This document shows, piece by piece, positions 30,844 through 40,948 of a stretch of DNA of 64,000 nucleotides; the first letter of the stretch is position 1, and each line of letters starts with the position of its first letter. The position numbers were made by a program, and so were the translations under genes. The notes beneath the pieces were generated by a model, which had not been told where the DNA came from, made no database searches, and saw only the letters and a list, made by a program, of their open reading frames with translations. The stretch lies in contig JBHLLT010000003.1 in the NCBI GenBank assembly GCA_048938855.1, forward strand, positions 32,001 through 96,000. Reading direction: 5' to 3'. The DNA comes from Promethearchaeota archaeon. GTDB taxonomy: Archaea; Asgardarchaeota; Lokiarchaeia; Sigyniarchaeales; SOKP01.

Positions 30844-31923
30844 CTATATTTTAGCGGGATTATGTATAAAAGCTTCAATTAATCGGATCGTCTGTAAAAT
30901 ATCATCAAGCTTTAATAAAGAAGTTGGTGAATGAATATATCTGCAAGGAACAGACACAATTGAACTTGGTACACCACTACGCGTAATTAGAATTTTTGCC
31001 GCGTCAGTACCTCCATATCGAGGTTTTTTAAATTGATATGGAATATTTTCTCGCTCTGCATTTTTAATTAATCGCTGATTGACTTTAGGATTTGATATGA
31101 CCGTTCTATCCGCAACAGTTATCGCGGGGCCTTTTCCAATACTTACTGGAATTTTATCTTTACTAATCCCAGGAACATCTGCAGCAGTCGTATTCTCAAC
31201 AGCAAGTGCCATTGTAGGTTCCAATTTATAAGCCCCCACCATTGCTCCTTGGCCACCAACCTCTTCTTGTACAGCAAAATTAAAGACTACTGTGTCAGAA
31301 TGTTCTTTTTCCTTTAAAAGCATTAAAATGTGAAGAAGAACGTTACAAGCAGTACGATCATCAAAAGCTTTGCCACGAACCATTCTGTTAGGAAATTCTA
31401 TAAAAGGGCTAACTAATGTACCTACAGTTCCAATATTAATCTTATTATCAATTACCTCTTTATAAGAAGTCAAACCAATATCAATATACATCTCATCAAT
31501 ATCGACTATTTTTTTTCGTTCTTCAATAGAGCTAAGATGAGGAGGTTTTGAGCCAATAATTCCATTGACTGTCTTTCCATCTCCTGTTTTCAATATAACT
31601 GGTTGTCCTAATAAAATTCGATTATCCCAACCTCCGATTGATACAAATCGTAAAAAACCCTTTTCATTAATATGAGAAATCATAAATCCAATTTCATCGA
31701 TATGAGCATCTAGTAATATTCTATTTTCGCTATTAGATCCCTCCTTAATTGCTAAAACACTTCCTAAGGGGTCAATCCATGCTTTATCAGCTAAATCTTT
31801 TTTTTCAATCTCGGCAAGAATGAAACTACTAACCTCTTCTTCATGTCCAGATACGCCAAGTAATGATGATAACTTCTGTTGTAATTCTTTAATACTTTCT
31901 ATATTTAGACTCATTTTCCTCAT
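30844..31923 (-). CDS. M42 family aminopeptidase (TET/FrvX-like)
   Basis: AHIDEIG, KAFDDR, QEEVG, GGTDA and RYIHSP motifs. Confidence 0.93.
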   Translation of the reverse strand: MRKMSLNIESIKELQQKLSSLLGVSGHEEEVSSFILAEIEKKDLADKAWIDPLGSVLAIKEGSNSENRILLDAHIDEIGFMISHINEKGFLRFVSIGGWDNRILLGQPVILKTGDGKTVNGIIGSKPPHLSSIEERKKIVDIDEMYIDIGLTSYKEVIDNKINIGTVGTLVSPFIEFPNRMVRGKAFDDRTACNVLLHILMLLKEKEHSDTVVFNFAVQEEVGGQGAMVGAYKLEPTMALAVENTTAADVPGISKDKIPVSIGKGPAITVADRTVISNPKVNQRLIKNAERENIPYQFKKPRYGGTDAAKILITRSGVPSSIVSVPCRYIHSPTSLLKLDDILQTIRLIEAFIHNPAKI

Positions 31924-32067
31924 GAGTAAGATTCTATTAAATTAATAAGTAAACAATTAATAATTCACATAAATAGTTTAAGGAAATTCGAGAAAATTGA
32001 GTATATCATTCAAATGCTTTAAAAAAAAGATTCTAATAGATATAACTTAAAATTTATTAAAAAAAAA

Positions 32068-33726
32068 TTATTTTTTTCGCTTTTTTAGTTCAGCTATTGA
32101 TTTTTCTGCTAAGATTAATGCATCATCGTATTTTGATTTATATTTCTTAACCTGTGCATCTAATTCTATGATTCTGTTATTTAAATCTAACACCATTTCG
32201 CTGTTATCAGTTAAAGGTGCCATTTCTTCTGAACCTTTCTCTGCCATTTCTTTTAAAAAGTTATATTTTTCTTTCCACACATTTATTTCAGTTTGTAAAT
32301 CTTCGATTGTTTCATCACCAGAAATAAGAGGGATATCCTTTCCTTCTTTTACATCAGCAACTTTTTGTTTTAACCGCGATACTTCATCTTCTAATTCTTG
32401 GATCCTTACTTTTAATGCTGCGATCTCATCAAGATAATCAGTTGCTTTTTTAGGTTCCAACATTTCTTCAAACATAGATTTTCCAGTTTCCAATTCATCA
32501 GCAGACTTTCCGCCTAATAATCTCTCTTTTCTCTTTTGTAGTTCTTCAACCGTTTGTTTTGAAAGAAAATCTAGCGGATTAAAACTAACACCACCATGTT
32601 TGGTTCTTCTTTTTCTTATTTTAACGAAAAGCGGGATCCCCTTAACTGCCTCTCCACAGATTATTGCTTCTCCTTTTTCTAACCCAGAAATATCTGATTT
32701 ATTTTCGTTACTTAAATCTTCAGCACTGGAAATTGTTATTCCAATATCTCTGATGTCCGAAAGGTTATGGACAATCCAAGTCCCTGCTTGAGCTCGAATG
32801 GTTGTGTCGAGTAACTGTGGTCTTTGTGTTCCAATTACTATATTTGCACCGAATTTTCTTCCTTCCTGAGCAAATAATTTAACCACATCACAAGTTTCAG
32901 TTTGTTTTTTTCCAGCAAATAGATGTGCTTCATCTAAGAATAAGTAAAATGGAGGAATACTCCTCGTTGTGCTTGCATCATAAAGTTTCTTGAGTAGCTT
33001 ACCAGCTATAGCCTCTTGTACTTCTAATGCCATTCCATTTAAGTTAACTACTGTACAAAGATTAGGGGCAACAATATCTGAAGGCTTTAACGAGAATAGA
33101 TACTCAATATCAACGTCTCCCCCTCTATTTTTTTTTAAATCAGAAAATTCAATTATGCTGTCCACAAATTCACTTTCTCCTTCAGGTAAATCCTCTCCCG
33201 CGACTTTGAGAGCCCCATATTCACCATGTCTATCTAAAATAACAACTGGAATTCCCTTTTTGAGAAATTCTTCACACAAAACTCCCATTGTGTATGACTT
33301 TCCAGATCCTGACTTTCCTGTTATGAAAATTCTGCCAAAATTTTTAATTAATAAATATACCTCATAAGGGTACCCAATAAGTTTTCCCACAGAGAGTGAT
33401 TCTTCTGGCGGATTAAAGATACCCAAAATTTTTGCAATCTGTTCTTCTTTTGCCATAAAAACATCTGAACCAATATCAAATGGTTTTGTCGGCCGATCTC
33501 CGAGCACCCCTAGTTTTGCCATACGTCCCTTTTCGTCAGTCCACATTTCGGTTATATACATTACATAATATGGTTTCTTCCCTTCTTTATCTTTTTCACC
33601 ATAAACAACCAAATAGTTATTTCTTTCAACTGAAGGACCCTCAAATATAACAGTTACGGTATGTGTTGTCGTTTTTCCAGTAAGTCTACCTACAGGTTTT
33701 TCTTCTTGCGTACCTTCTTCTGTCAT
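32068..33726 (-). CDS. HerA/DUF87-family ATPase with C-terminal coiled coil
   Basis: GKSGSGKS, D.HGEY, LDEAH, EGRKFG and TQRP motifs; heptad-rich C-terminal ~150 aa. Confidence 0.85.
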   Translation of the reverse strand: MTEEGTQEEKPVGRLTGKTTTHTVTVIFEGPSVERNNYLVVYGEKDKEGKKPYYVMYITEMWTDEKGRMAKLGVLGDRPTKPFDIGSDVFMAKEEQIAKILGIFNPPEESLSVGKLIGYPYEVYLLIKNFGRIFITGKSGSGKSYTMGVLCEEFLKKGIPVVILDRHGEYGALKVAGEDLPEGESEFVDSIIEFSDLKKNRGGDVDIEYLFSLKPSDIVAPNLCTVVNLNGMALEVQEAIAGKLLKKLYDASTTRSIPPFYLFLDEAHLFAGKKQTETCDVVKLFAQEGRKFGANIVIGTQRPQLLDTTIRAQAGTWIVHNLSDIRDIGITISSAEDLSNENKSDISGLEKGEAIICGEAVKGIPLFVKIRKRRTKHGGVSFNPLDFLSKQTVEELQKRKERLLGGKSADELETGKSMFEEMLEPKKATDYLDEIAALKVRIQELEDEVSRLKQKVADVKEGKDIPLISGDETIEDLQTEINVWKEKYNFLKEMAEKGSEEMAPLTDNSEMVLDLNNRIIELDAQVKKYKSKYDDALILAEKSIAELKKRKK

Positions 33727-33924
33727 TCATACCACATAAATTAATATAAGTTATAATGATCTTAGAGATTCTAAAAATATAAATCTAAGCGATATCAATT
33801 TTTATTTCTATTTTAAGTTAGAGTTCTTGCTTTTAATTTTTTCATAATTAGACATCTGAAGTAGATTATCTAAATTAAGAAAATTAATTAAAAACTTAGA
33901 AAAAAAAAATATTTAGTTTAAAGA

Positions 33925-34572
33925 CTATTTTCCCTTTTTCCAGAAATAAATTCCCTGCCCTATTAACCAAAGTATGAATAGTGCATAATATGTCCATTCA
34001 ATAAGATAAACTACCGCATTACGTGGCACCGGTGTATATTCCTGAATTATAAAGCCCCCAAAAAATAGACCTGAAAAAATTCCTGATAAAATTGCAATGA
34101 TAGCTATTAATTTAGAATATTCAGTGTTAGTATATTGTAAATATCCAAGCCAAATGAAATTAAAAGCCATAAGACCAGTGAAAATAATAACTGCTATTCT
34201 GTGAATTTCATATGCGAGAGTAATTGCTGGATTTAGAGGAAAAATTCCGACTATTATTAACCCGATTAGACCTAAAACTCCTGTAATTATATATATCAAG
34301 GTCAATTTATTATCAATACCATTTTTCTTTAAATCTCTTGTTATATACAGCATAAGAAAAATCGTGAAGATTGCTAATAAAACCATGCCTGTGGAATATG
34401 AAATTTGAGCTCCAATTGGTCCAGCCTGCAAATCGCATGAATAATTCGTAAAAATGCTAAATGAAGGATTAAACGGTAAATAAAGTATCACTGCTATTAA
34501 CAAACCTATTCCTGCACTTATTAATGCTAAAAAAGCAAAATATGCACTATTAAACTTCTCAAAAAATCCCAT
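33925..34572 (-). CDS. DUF998-like membrane protein
   Basis: 5 TM helices; 'N..S.L' region, 'VGIFP', conserved His and 'EW' pattern. Confidence 0.6.
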   Translation of the reverse strand: MGFFEKFNSAYFAFLALISAGIGLLIAVILYLPFNPSFSIFTNYSCDLQAGPIGAQISYSTGMVLLAIFTIFLMLYITRDLKKNGIDNKLTLIYIITGVLGLIGLIIVGIFPLNPAITLAYEIHRIAVIIFTGLMAFNFIWLGYLQYTNTEYSKLIAIIAILSGIFSGLFFGGFIIQEYTPVPRNAVVYLIEWTYYALFILWLIGQGIYFWKKGK

Positions 34573-34640
34573 AATTCTTTTTACCTCTTTTTATTTTAAT
34601 TTACCATTGGATTTCTTTATTTGATTTTTGTTATATCTCC

Positions 34641-34652
34641 CGAATCGATTCG
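34641..34652. promoter_or_regulatory. Perfect palindrome CGAATCGATTCG, candidate operator
   Basis: Near-copy CGAATCGATACG at 34835-34846, in the divergent region before a wHTH regulator. Confidence 0.5.
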
Positions 34653-35029
34653 TTAGATTTAAGTACATTTTATTAAAATCAATATGTGCCCAAAAATTAC
34701 GAACTCTCCATTATTCGGTATTATTAATAAATTAGATTAAATTCATATTTAAATATTTCGATATTATTCGAATAATGAAAGGCAAGATCTTTAAAAAACT
34801 CTTAATAAACATATAATAAATACATGGATCTATACGAATCGATACGATATAACCCAATAAGATAATCTAAAAGTAATAAATTCATTAATATGATCGATTC
34901 CTTACTATTCGTATTATAAATAATACTTATAAACTTGAATTGATTCTATTTAAACAAATAAAGAGAAAAAACAAAGTGGAGTAATTAAAATAAATATATT
35001 TATTATCCTTCATTAAATTGTCTTAAAAG

Positions 35030-35731
35030 GTGGATATTATCGAAGAAAATCAAGTAAAAACAACAATTGATATTTCAACTTTTACAGGAATACCATATAG
35101 AATATGGGGTTTATTAAAAGTATATCCTGAATTAAGTTTTAGTGAATTAGCGAATAAACTAGGAAAGTCAAAATCTACAATACATCCTCATTTGCAAAAA
35201 TTAATCGAGCTTGGGATTGTTGAAATTTCTAAAAAAGAGCATATTAGAGCCAATATTGAGGCCCATTATTATTCCCTAACTCCTGATTCTGATGAAATAA
35301 CCTCAGTACTCGGTTGTGATCTTTCACATGGACTTGATAAGGAACTTGTTAAAATGATGGCTAAATCACTTAAATCTCTAGTATTGAATAATAAAAAGAT
35401 TTTGGATAAATATATCAAATTCTTTGAATATATAGAAGAAACTGGTTCTGATGAAATAATAAAAATTTGGAAAGAAACTTATAAAACTAAAGATTTTACA
35501 GAAGGCGATATTCCTCAATTTTTTATGGGTGAGTTCTTTCTAACTGAGGACCAATGGATGAGATGGCAAAAACAATTTGTTAAATTTTCTATAGATTTTC
35601 AGGAACAGGTTACCAATGAACAAAAGGAAAACCCTAATCAAGAAAAATATATTTATTGGTTTCACATGGGCATACCAGTTAAAATTCTCTTTGAAGAATT
35701 GGATTTAGAAAAGTTTACAGATAAAAAATAA
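35030..35731 (+). CDS. ArsR-like winged-helix transcriptional regulator
   Basis: 'LSFSELANKLGKSKSTIHPHLQKLIELGIV' HTH. Confidence 0.85.
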   Translation: MDIIEENQVKTTIDISTFTGIPYRIWGLLKVYPELSFSELANKLGKSKSTIHPHLQKLIELGIVEISKKEHIRANIEAHYYSLTPDSDEITSVLGCDLSHGLDKELVKMMAKSLKSLVLNNKKILDKYIKFFEYIEETGSDEIIKIWKETYKTKDFTEGDIPQFFMGEFFLTEDQWMRWQKQFVKFSIDFQEQVTNEQKENPNQEKYIYWFHMGIPVKILFEELDLEKFTDKK

Positions 35732-35777
35732 AAACATATTTTTTTTATTTCAACCAAAAAATTTAATTTTTTATACT

Positions 35778-36707
35778 TTACACTTTTTTGTAGATTATAC
35801 TCTTCTTATTCATTTTGATTGGCTTATACGATTCTTTCGCTCTTCTTAAACCTTCTATCCCTAAATCTTGTTCTCTATTGACATAAACAGCATTTAGACA
35901 ACAATCCCTTAAGAAAAAATTATTGATTGCTTGATAAGCACCTTCATACTCTAGGTGGGCTTTCTCAATATGAATCACTAAAGTTTTGTCATTCAACATT
36001 TCTCCAAAAGTGTAAGCAGCACATTTATCATCCACGCATAATATACCACCATTAAAACCAAGATTGTCAAAATTATTCAATGCTTCATATATAGCTTCTT
36101 GCTCTGCTTCCAAACTCTCATCCTCAGTACAAGCTCTTATAATGCACCACTCTAATTGGAGCTCTTTACATTTTTCAATGAGGCTACCTGTTAATAACTC
36201 GAATTTATAATTATAATTATCTAAAAATTTATGTAGCCATCTTCTATTTTGTCTGTATTTATTTCCTGCTAAAGTAAGAATTTCTTCTCTGCTATGCATA
36301 TAGTCCCAATTATTCCGATCTTCAAGGCATTCCAAATTTAATTCTGTAAATTGCGTATTTTTTTTTAAATTTTCACAGATATCTTCTGGAACCCTATGAA
36401 CTTCAATATTTCCAAGATTTTCAAATAATTCAATAATAATTTTGTCAGGAGTAGGTCCAATTGGAGGAAAAAAGTAAATATAATCTCGAGAGTCGGTATT
36501 AATTGGTTTTTTTCTATTTTTCAGATAATCATAAGAAAACAAGACTAAATGCTTGTTAAATTCCATAAATAAGAAATTATAATAATTCCTCCACATGAAG
36601 AGGTTTGTAAAAGTAAATTCAGAAATTTCTGGAGGATATTTTTGAAAATATTCATCAAAAAGACTCTTATGAATTATTTCAATTGGTTTTCCCGTGCTTA
36701 GATCCAT
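35778..36707 (-). CDS. DUF2156 family (aminoacyl-tRNA-dependent transferase-like tandem GNAT)
   Basis: SEFTFTNLFMW, DY, HIEKA and NREQDLG..GLR.AK.SY.P motifs. Confidence 0.85.
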   Translation of the reverse strand: MDLSTGKPIEIIHKSLFDEYFQKYPPEISEFTFTNLFMWRNYYNFLFMEFNKHLVLFSYDYLKNRKKPINTDSRDYIYFFPPIGPTPDKIIIELFENLGNIEVHRVPEDICENLKKNTQFTELNLECLEDRNNWDYMHSREEILTLAGNKYRQNRRWLHKFLDNYNYKFELLTGSLIEKCKELQLEWCIIRACTEDESLEAEQEAIYEALNNFDNLGFNGGILCVDDKCAAYTFGEMLNDKTLVIHIEKAHLEYEGAYQAINNFFLRDCCLNAVYVNREQDLGIEGLRRAKESYKPIKMNKKSIIYKKV

Positions 36708-36820
36708 GGATTATTTTTATTTAAAGAGCTTTAAAAGGATTATTCTTTTAATCCATTTATCTATTTTCCAAGTAGGATTAAAAACCACATTTTAAAAATA
36801 ATAAATTAAGTATACATTAT

Positions 36821-37201
36821 ATGGATGATATAAAAAATATCGTTGATGATATAGGAATCGCAGCTCTAGAAGCTAGTATCAATCTAGCTGCTGTAGCAAT
36901 TATAGCTGATTCTGGTAAATTAATTATTCAGACGGAGAATTGGGATCTTACTAATCAAACAAACATTATATTAAATGCTAAGAAGGGTGATACCTCATTT
37001 ACTTTAAACAAGGTAGAATATTCTGCTGTTGATAGATCATCTCAAGGTATTATTGGAACAAACCCAAATGGACTGGGACATATTTTAATTGTTCCTTTTG
37101 AAGGAGGAATGCTTGTATCATATGCCATGCCTCAAGCAGATACTTCTAAAGCATTAAATTTTCTTAAAACTTATACCCCAATGTTAAATGGAAAGATATA
37201 A
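36821..37201 (+). CDS. Asgard (Loki-type) profilin
   Basis: 126 aa; 'AII...G..I.QTENW', 'IGTN..G.GH.LI.P' match recalled Loki profilin motifs. Confidence 0.75.
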   Translation: MDDIKNIVDDIGIAALEASINLAAVAIIADSGKLIIQTENWDLTNQTNIILNAKKGDTSFTLNKVEYSAVDRSSQGIIGTNPNGLGHILIVPFEGGMLVSYAMPQADTSKALNFLKTYTPMLNGKI

Positions 37202-37216
37202 TTGTGAGACTATAAA

Positions 37217-37771
37217 ATGAAAATTAATGGATTAAAATTACATAGGAAACTCTCTTGGCTAGTTGCAATTTTTTCTTTATTTATGATTATATTTATTTCA
37301 TTACACGGTTTTCTTGAAGTTTTCAGTTTTTATCCCTTTCTTCATTTAGGTACTGAATGGATTCTAATAGGTCTATTAATATTGCATTGCATTCTTGCAC
37401 AAAAATATATGAAACTTTGGTTCCGTCGTATCTTTAAAGGATTAAAAAATGAGAGAGCTCGTCCTATATATATTTTTAGATTGATACAGCTAATTACAAA
37501 TAGAATAATTATTATTTTAGCTGCACTCGTCTTAATATCTGGTTTAGGCTACTACGATTGGTATGCAAATACTATAGGAACAGTTATACCATTCAGTGTG
37601 CATATATATTACGATTTTTTCTTGATAATGTGCATTATAATCCATATTGGGGTTGGATTTAAATTTATATTCATGAGAAGAAAGATTAGCCAAAAAACTA
37701 CTTATATATTTATAATTTTATTTATTTCTATTCTATTAGCTATGGAAATTCTTTTAAATTTGTTATCTTAA
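37217..37771 (+). CDS. Membrane protein with intramembrane His pairs (cytochrome b-like, DUF4405-like)
   Basis: Internally repeated TM units carrying H-x13-H helices (HLGTEW...LH; HIYYD...IH). Confidence 0.55.
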   Translation: MKINGLKLHRKLSWLVAIFSLFMIIFISLHGFLEVFSFYPFLHLGTEWILIGLLILHCILAQKYMKLWFRRIFKGLKNERARPIYIFRLIQLITNRIIIILAALVLISGLGYYDWYANTIGTVIPFSVHIYYDFFLIMCIIIHIGVGFKFIFMRRKISQKTTYIFIILFISILLAMEILLNLLS

Positions 37772-37800
37772 AAAAATAAAAAAAGTATTAAATAAATTAT

Positions 37801-38817
37801 TTATAATCTCTTAATAATCAATTCAGCCATTCGATTAGAAAAACCCCATTCATTATCATACCAGCTCAATACAAAAACCTCATCCTCAACAACCTTGGTC
37901 CAAAGACTGTTGAACACTGAGCTATGGGAATTGCCAATAATATCACTACTTACAATGGGGTCCTCAACATATTCCAAAATGCCCTTTAAACTATTATTTG
38001 AGGCTTCTTGCATTTTCGAATTAATATCTTCAGCAGTACATCTATTTTCTACAATAGCTTTTAAATCTACCACACTACCATCAATTGTTGGTACTCTTAC
38101 AGCAATACCATCTAGTTTTCCTTTTAGCTCAGGAAAAACTAAACCAATTGCTCTAGCTGCACCTGTTGATGTAGGGATCATATTTTGCGCGGCAGATCTT
38201 CCGCGAATCATTTTATCTGGAGAACCTGCTCTTGCGATATCTGCTGTGGTTTGATCGTTTGTATAAGAGTGGATCGTTGTCATAAGGCCATATTTGATTT
38301 TAAAATTTTCATTCAAGACTTTAACTATTGGAGCTAAACAATTGGTAGTACAAGATGCATTTGAGATGATTTTATGTTCATTAGTAATTTTATCATCATT
38401 ACATCCGAGAACTACAGTAATATCTGGATCTGTAGCTGGCGCACTTATTAAAACTCTTTTGGCTCCCCCGGTTAAATGCTTACTAGATCCTTCTCTATTT
38501 ACAAATCGACCAGTAGATTCAACAGCAACATCAATGTTGTTACTTGCATGTGGTAAATTCGCAGGATCTCTCTCCGCAGTGATAGGAATATTTTTGCCAT
38601 CAATTATTAGTGAATTGTCAGTAGATTCTACCTTTCCCTTGAATTTGCCGAAGACTGTATCATATTTTAAAGCATAAGCCAAATATTTTGGCTCAAAAAG
38701 ATCGTTAATTGAAACAACATCTATATCATTCCAGTAATTATCGTATACCGCTCTAAAAAACAATCGACCAATTCGTCCAAAACCATTAATTGCGACTCTT
38801 TTTGCCATCTTTATCAC
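37801..38817 (-). CDS. gap: Glyceraldehyde-3-phosphate dehydrogenase, class I (bacterial/eukaryotic type)
   Basis: INGFGRIGR, ASCTTNCL, IPTSTGAA and WYDNE motifs; likely start ATG at 38808. Confidence 0.95.
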   Translation of the reverse strand: MIKMAKRVAINGFGRIGRLFFRAVYDNYWNDIDVVSINDLFEPKYLAYALKYDTVFGKFKGKVESTDNSLIIDGKNIPITAERDPANLPHASNNIDVAVESTGRFVNREGSSKHLTGGAKRVLISAPATDPDITVVLGCNDDKITNEHKIISNASCTTNCLAPIVKVLNENFKIKYGLMTTIHSYTNDQTTADIARAGSPDKMIRGRSAAQNMIPTSTGAARAIGLVFPELKGKLDGIAVRVPTIDGSVVDLKAIVENRCTAEDINSKMQEASNNSLKGILEYVEDPIVSSDIIGNSHSSVFNSLWTKVVEDEVFVLSWYDNEWGFSNRMAELIIKRL

Positions 38818-38936
38818 ACTTTTTATTTTTAGTTAGAAATGACAATCTAAATATGTGTTAGATAGTTTTTTAATTTTATAGTTTTATATTTTTTAACATT
38901 CAAGATTATAATATAAGTAATTTTAAGGGGATAAAA

Positions 38937-40157
38937 TTGGGAAGTTTGGAAGAGAAAATTCTAAAAAAAATTGATGAAATGAGAGATGAAATTATTAAAT
39001 ATCATCAACTGAGTGTTCAAATTCCTTCTGAAAATCCGCCTTCTAAGTATAAGGAAATCATGAGATTTACAGAAAGAAAATTGAAGGAAATTGGCTTAAA
39101 AACGCAAATAAAAAGAAAAAATGTAATTGGTGAATGGGGGAATGATAACGGCAAGACTTTAATTTTTAATGCTCATTATGACACCGTTCAAGCATTTAAA
39201 GGTTGGACAAAAGATCCTTTTGGTGGTGAGAGAATAGATGATAAAATTTATGGGCGTGGTTCCTGTGATGATAAATCTTGTGTAACAGCGGAGATATTTG
39301 CTGTTAAAGCATTAATAGAAGCAGAAATTGAACCTAATGGAAAATTAATAATAACAGCAGTAGGTGATGAAGAATTGGGGGGTTTAAGGGGAATAGAAGC
39401 TTTATTGAGCAGTGGATTAGTAAAGGGTGATGCTTGCTTATTAGGTGATGCACCAGCAGATTATCCTTTTGGATATACAGGGGGCACAACATATATGACC
39501 ATAACTATATCTGGAAAACAAGGTCATGGTCTGGGGGCCCCTGATTTACCAGAACCATACCGAAATGAATTTTCTGGAATCAACACTATTACAAGAATGG
39601 TAAAAATTATGAATTTCTTAATCAATCTAAATAAAGAATTTATGGAGAAAGAAACTAAATTCGCATTGCCAGAGGGGGCTACTACCAGGGTTAGTCATAT
39701 TAATCTTGCAGAAATTCATGGTGGCAATAAAATTACTACCGTACCTGACAAATGTTATCTCCACTGTAGTATAAATACTATTCCAGAACAGGATGTAGCA
39801 AGTATTAAGCAGCATATTTTAGATTATGTAGAAGAATTAAAACGGGAAGATGCTTATTTAGATATAACTGTTCAAACTCCAATTTTAATGGAACCTTTTG
39901 TAATTGACGGAAAATCTGATTTTGCTAAAGCTGTCCAAGAATCTTTCCAAGCAATTTATAATGAAAAGAAAGAATTTAAATTGGTTATGCCTTCTACGGA
40001 TGCTCATTGGTTTCAGGAACGAGGAATAGAAACTATTTTAATTGGTACAGGCCGTAATGATACTAATACCCACGATGCTGATGAATTTGTTTACATCGAA
40101 GACTTAATTAATACAACCAAAATCTATGCTTTGACGGCTTTGCATTATTTAAAATAA
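38937..40157 (+). CDS. M20 / ArgE-DapE family metallopeptidase
   Basis: AHYDTV, GRGSCDDK, DEE.GG, TDA and H..DE motifs. Confidence 0.9.
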   Translation: MGSLEEKILKKIDEMRDEIIKYHQLSVQIPSENPPSKYKEIMRFTERKLKEIGLKTQIKRKNVIGEWGNDNGKTLIFNAHYDTVQAFKGWTKDPFGGERIDDKIYGRGSCDDKSCVTAEIFAVKALIEAEIEPNGKLIITAVGDEELGGLRGIEALLSSGLVKGDACLLGDAPADYPFGYTGGTTYMTITISGKQGHGLGAPDLPEPYRNEFSGINTITRMVKIMNFLINLNKEFMEKETKFALPEGATTRVSHINLAEIHGGNKITTVPDKCYLHCSINTIPEQDVASIKQHILDYVEELKREDAYLDITVQTPILMEPFVIDGKSDFAKAVQESFQAIYNEKKEFKLVMPSTDAHWFQERGIETILIGTGRNDTNTHDADEFVYIEDLINTTKIYALTALHYLK

Positions 40158-40380
40158 TAAAAATTGTTAAATAGAATCCAAATATTTCATTAAAAATCAA
40201 TATGATATTAACTTATTTTTTAAATGTTTTATGAAGTTGTATTTCTAATGGAGAAAAAATTTTACCTTTGTCTTCAGTCTTTCATGATAATACCATTGAA
40301 GAATTTAAATAATAAGATTTTCTTGTCAATAGTTGTAAGAGTAAAAATACCAAATCCAAATCTTTTTTTATAGTGAAAAG

Positions 40381-40920
40381 ATGTCAAGTTATAAATTAAA
40401 AGTATTACTCACAGATGCTGAAACAGTATGCAACCCAAGTTTAACTCAGGAATTGATTGAATTAATTGGTGTTAAAAATAGGTTTCAAGCAAACTATAAA
40501 TTAACTGTTGGAGTTGATATTTTAACTAAAGATGTTGAATTTCAACAGGGAGAAATTGCAACTTTAAGTATCTGGGATATAGGAGGGCAACAGAGATTTG
40601 AAATTATACGTAATACGTTTTACAAAGGTGCGGCTGGAGCATTATTCGTTTTTGATTTATGTCAAAAAGCGACATTTATTAAAATAAAAGAATGGTTTGC
40701 TGAAATTAAAAAGTTTGCGGGTTCTATTCCTTTTGTATTAATCGGAAAAAATATTCATTTAAATAAATTGGCAGAAAAAACAATCAACCGAAAAATGGCT
40801 CGAGAATTTGCTAGAAATGAAGGAGGGCTTTATATTGAACCTTCTCCAACCGATATTGATATAATAGAAGAGACAGTTCGTAATTTTATTTGTAGAATTA
40901 TAAATTCAAGAAGTTTATAA
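40381..40920 (+). CDS. Rab-like small GTPase with degenerate P-loop
   Basis: 'Y.LTVGVD', WDIGGQ.RF, 'FYKGA.GA..VFD'; G1 reads TDAETVCNPS and G4 reads GKNIH. Confidence 0.8.
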   Translation: MSSYKLKVLLTDAETVCNPSLTQELIELIGVKNRFQANYKLTVGVDILTKDVEFQQGEIATLSIWDIGGQQRFEIIRNTFYKGAAGALFVFDLCQKATFIKIKEWFAEIKKFAGSIPFVLIGKNIHLNKLAEKTINRKMAREFARNEGGLYIEPSPTDIDIIEETVRNFICRIINSRSL

Positions 40921-40948
40921 ATAGCGTTCGGAATTTTTATAATTTCGT

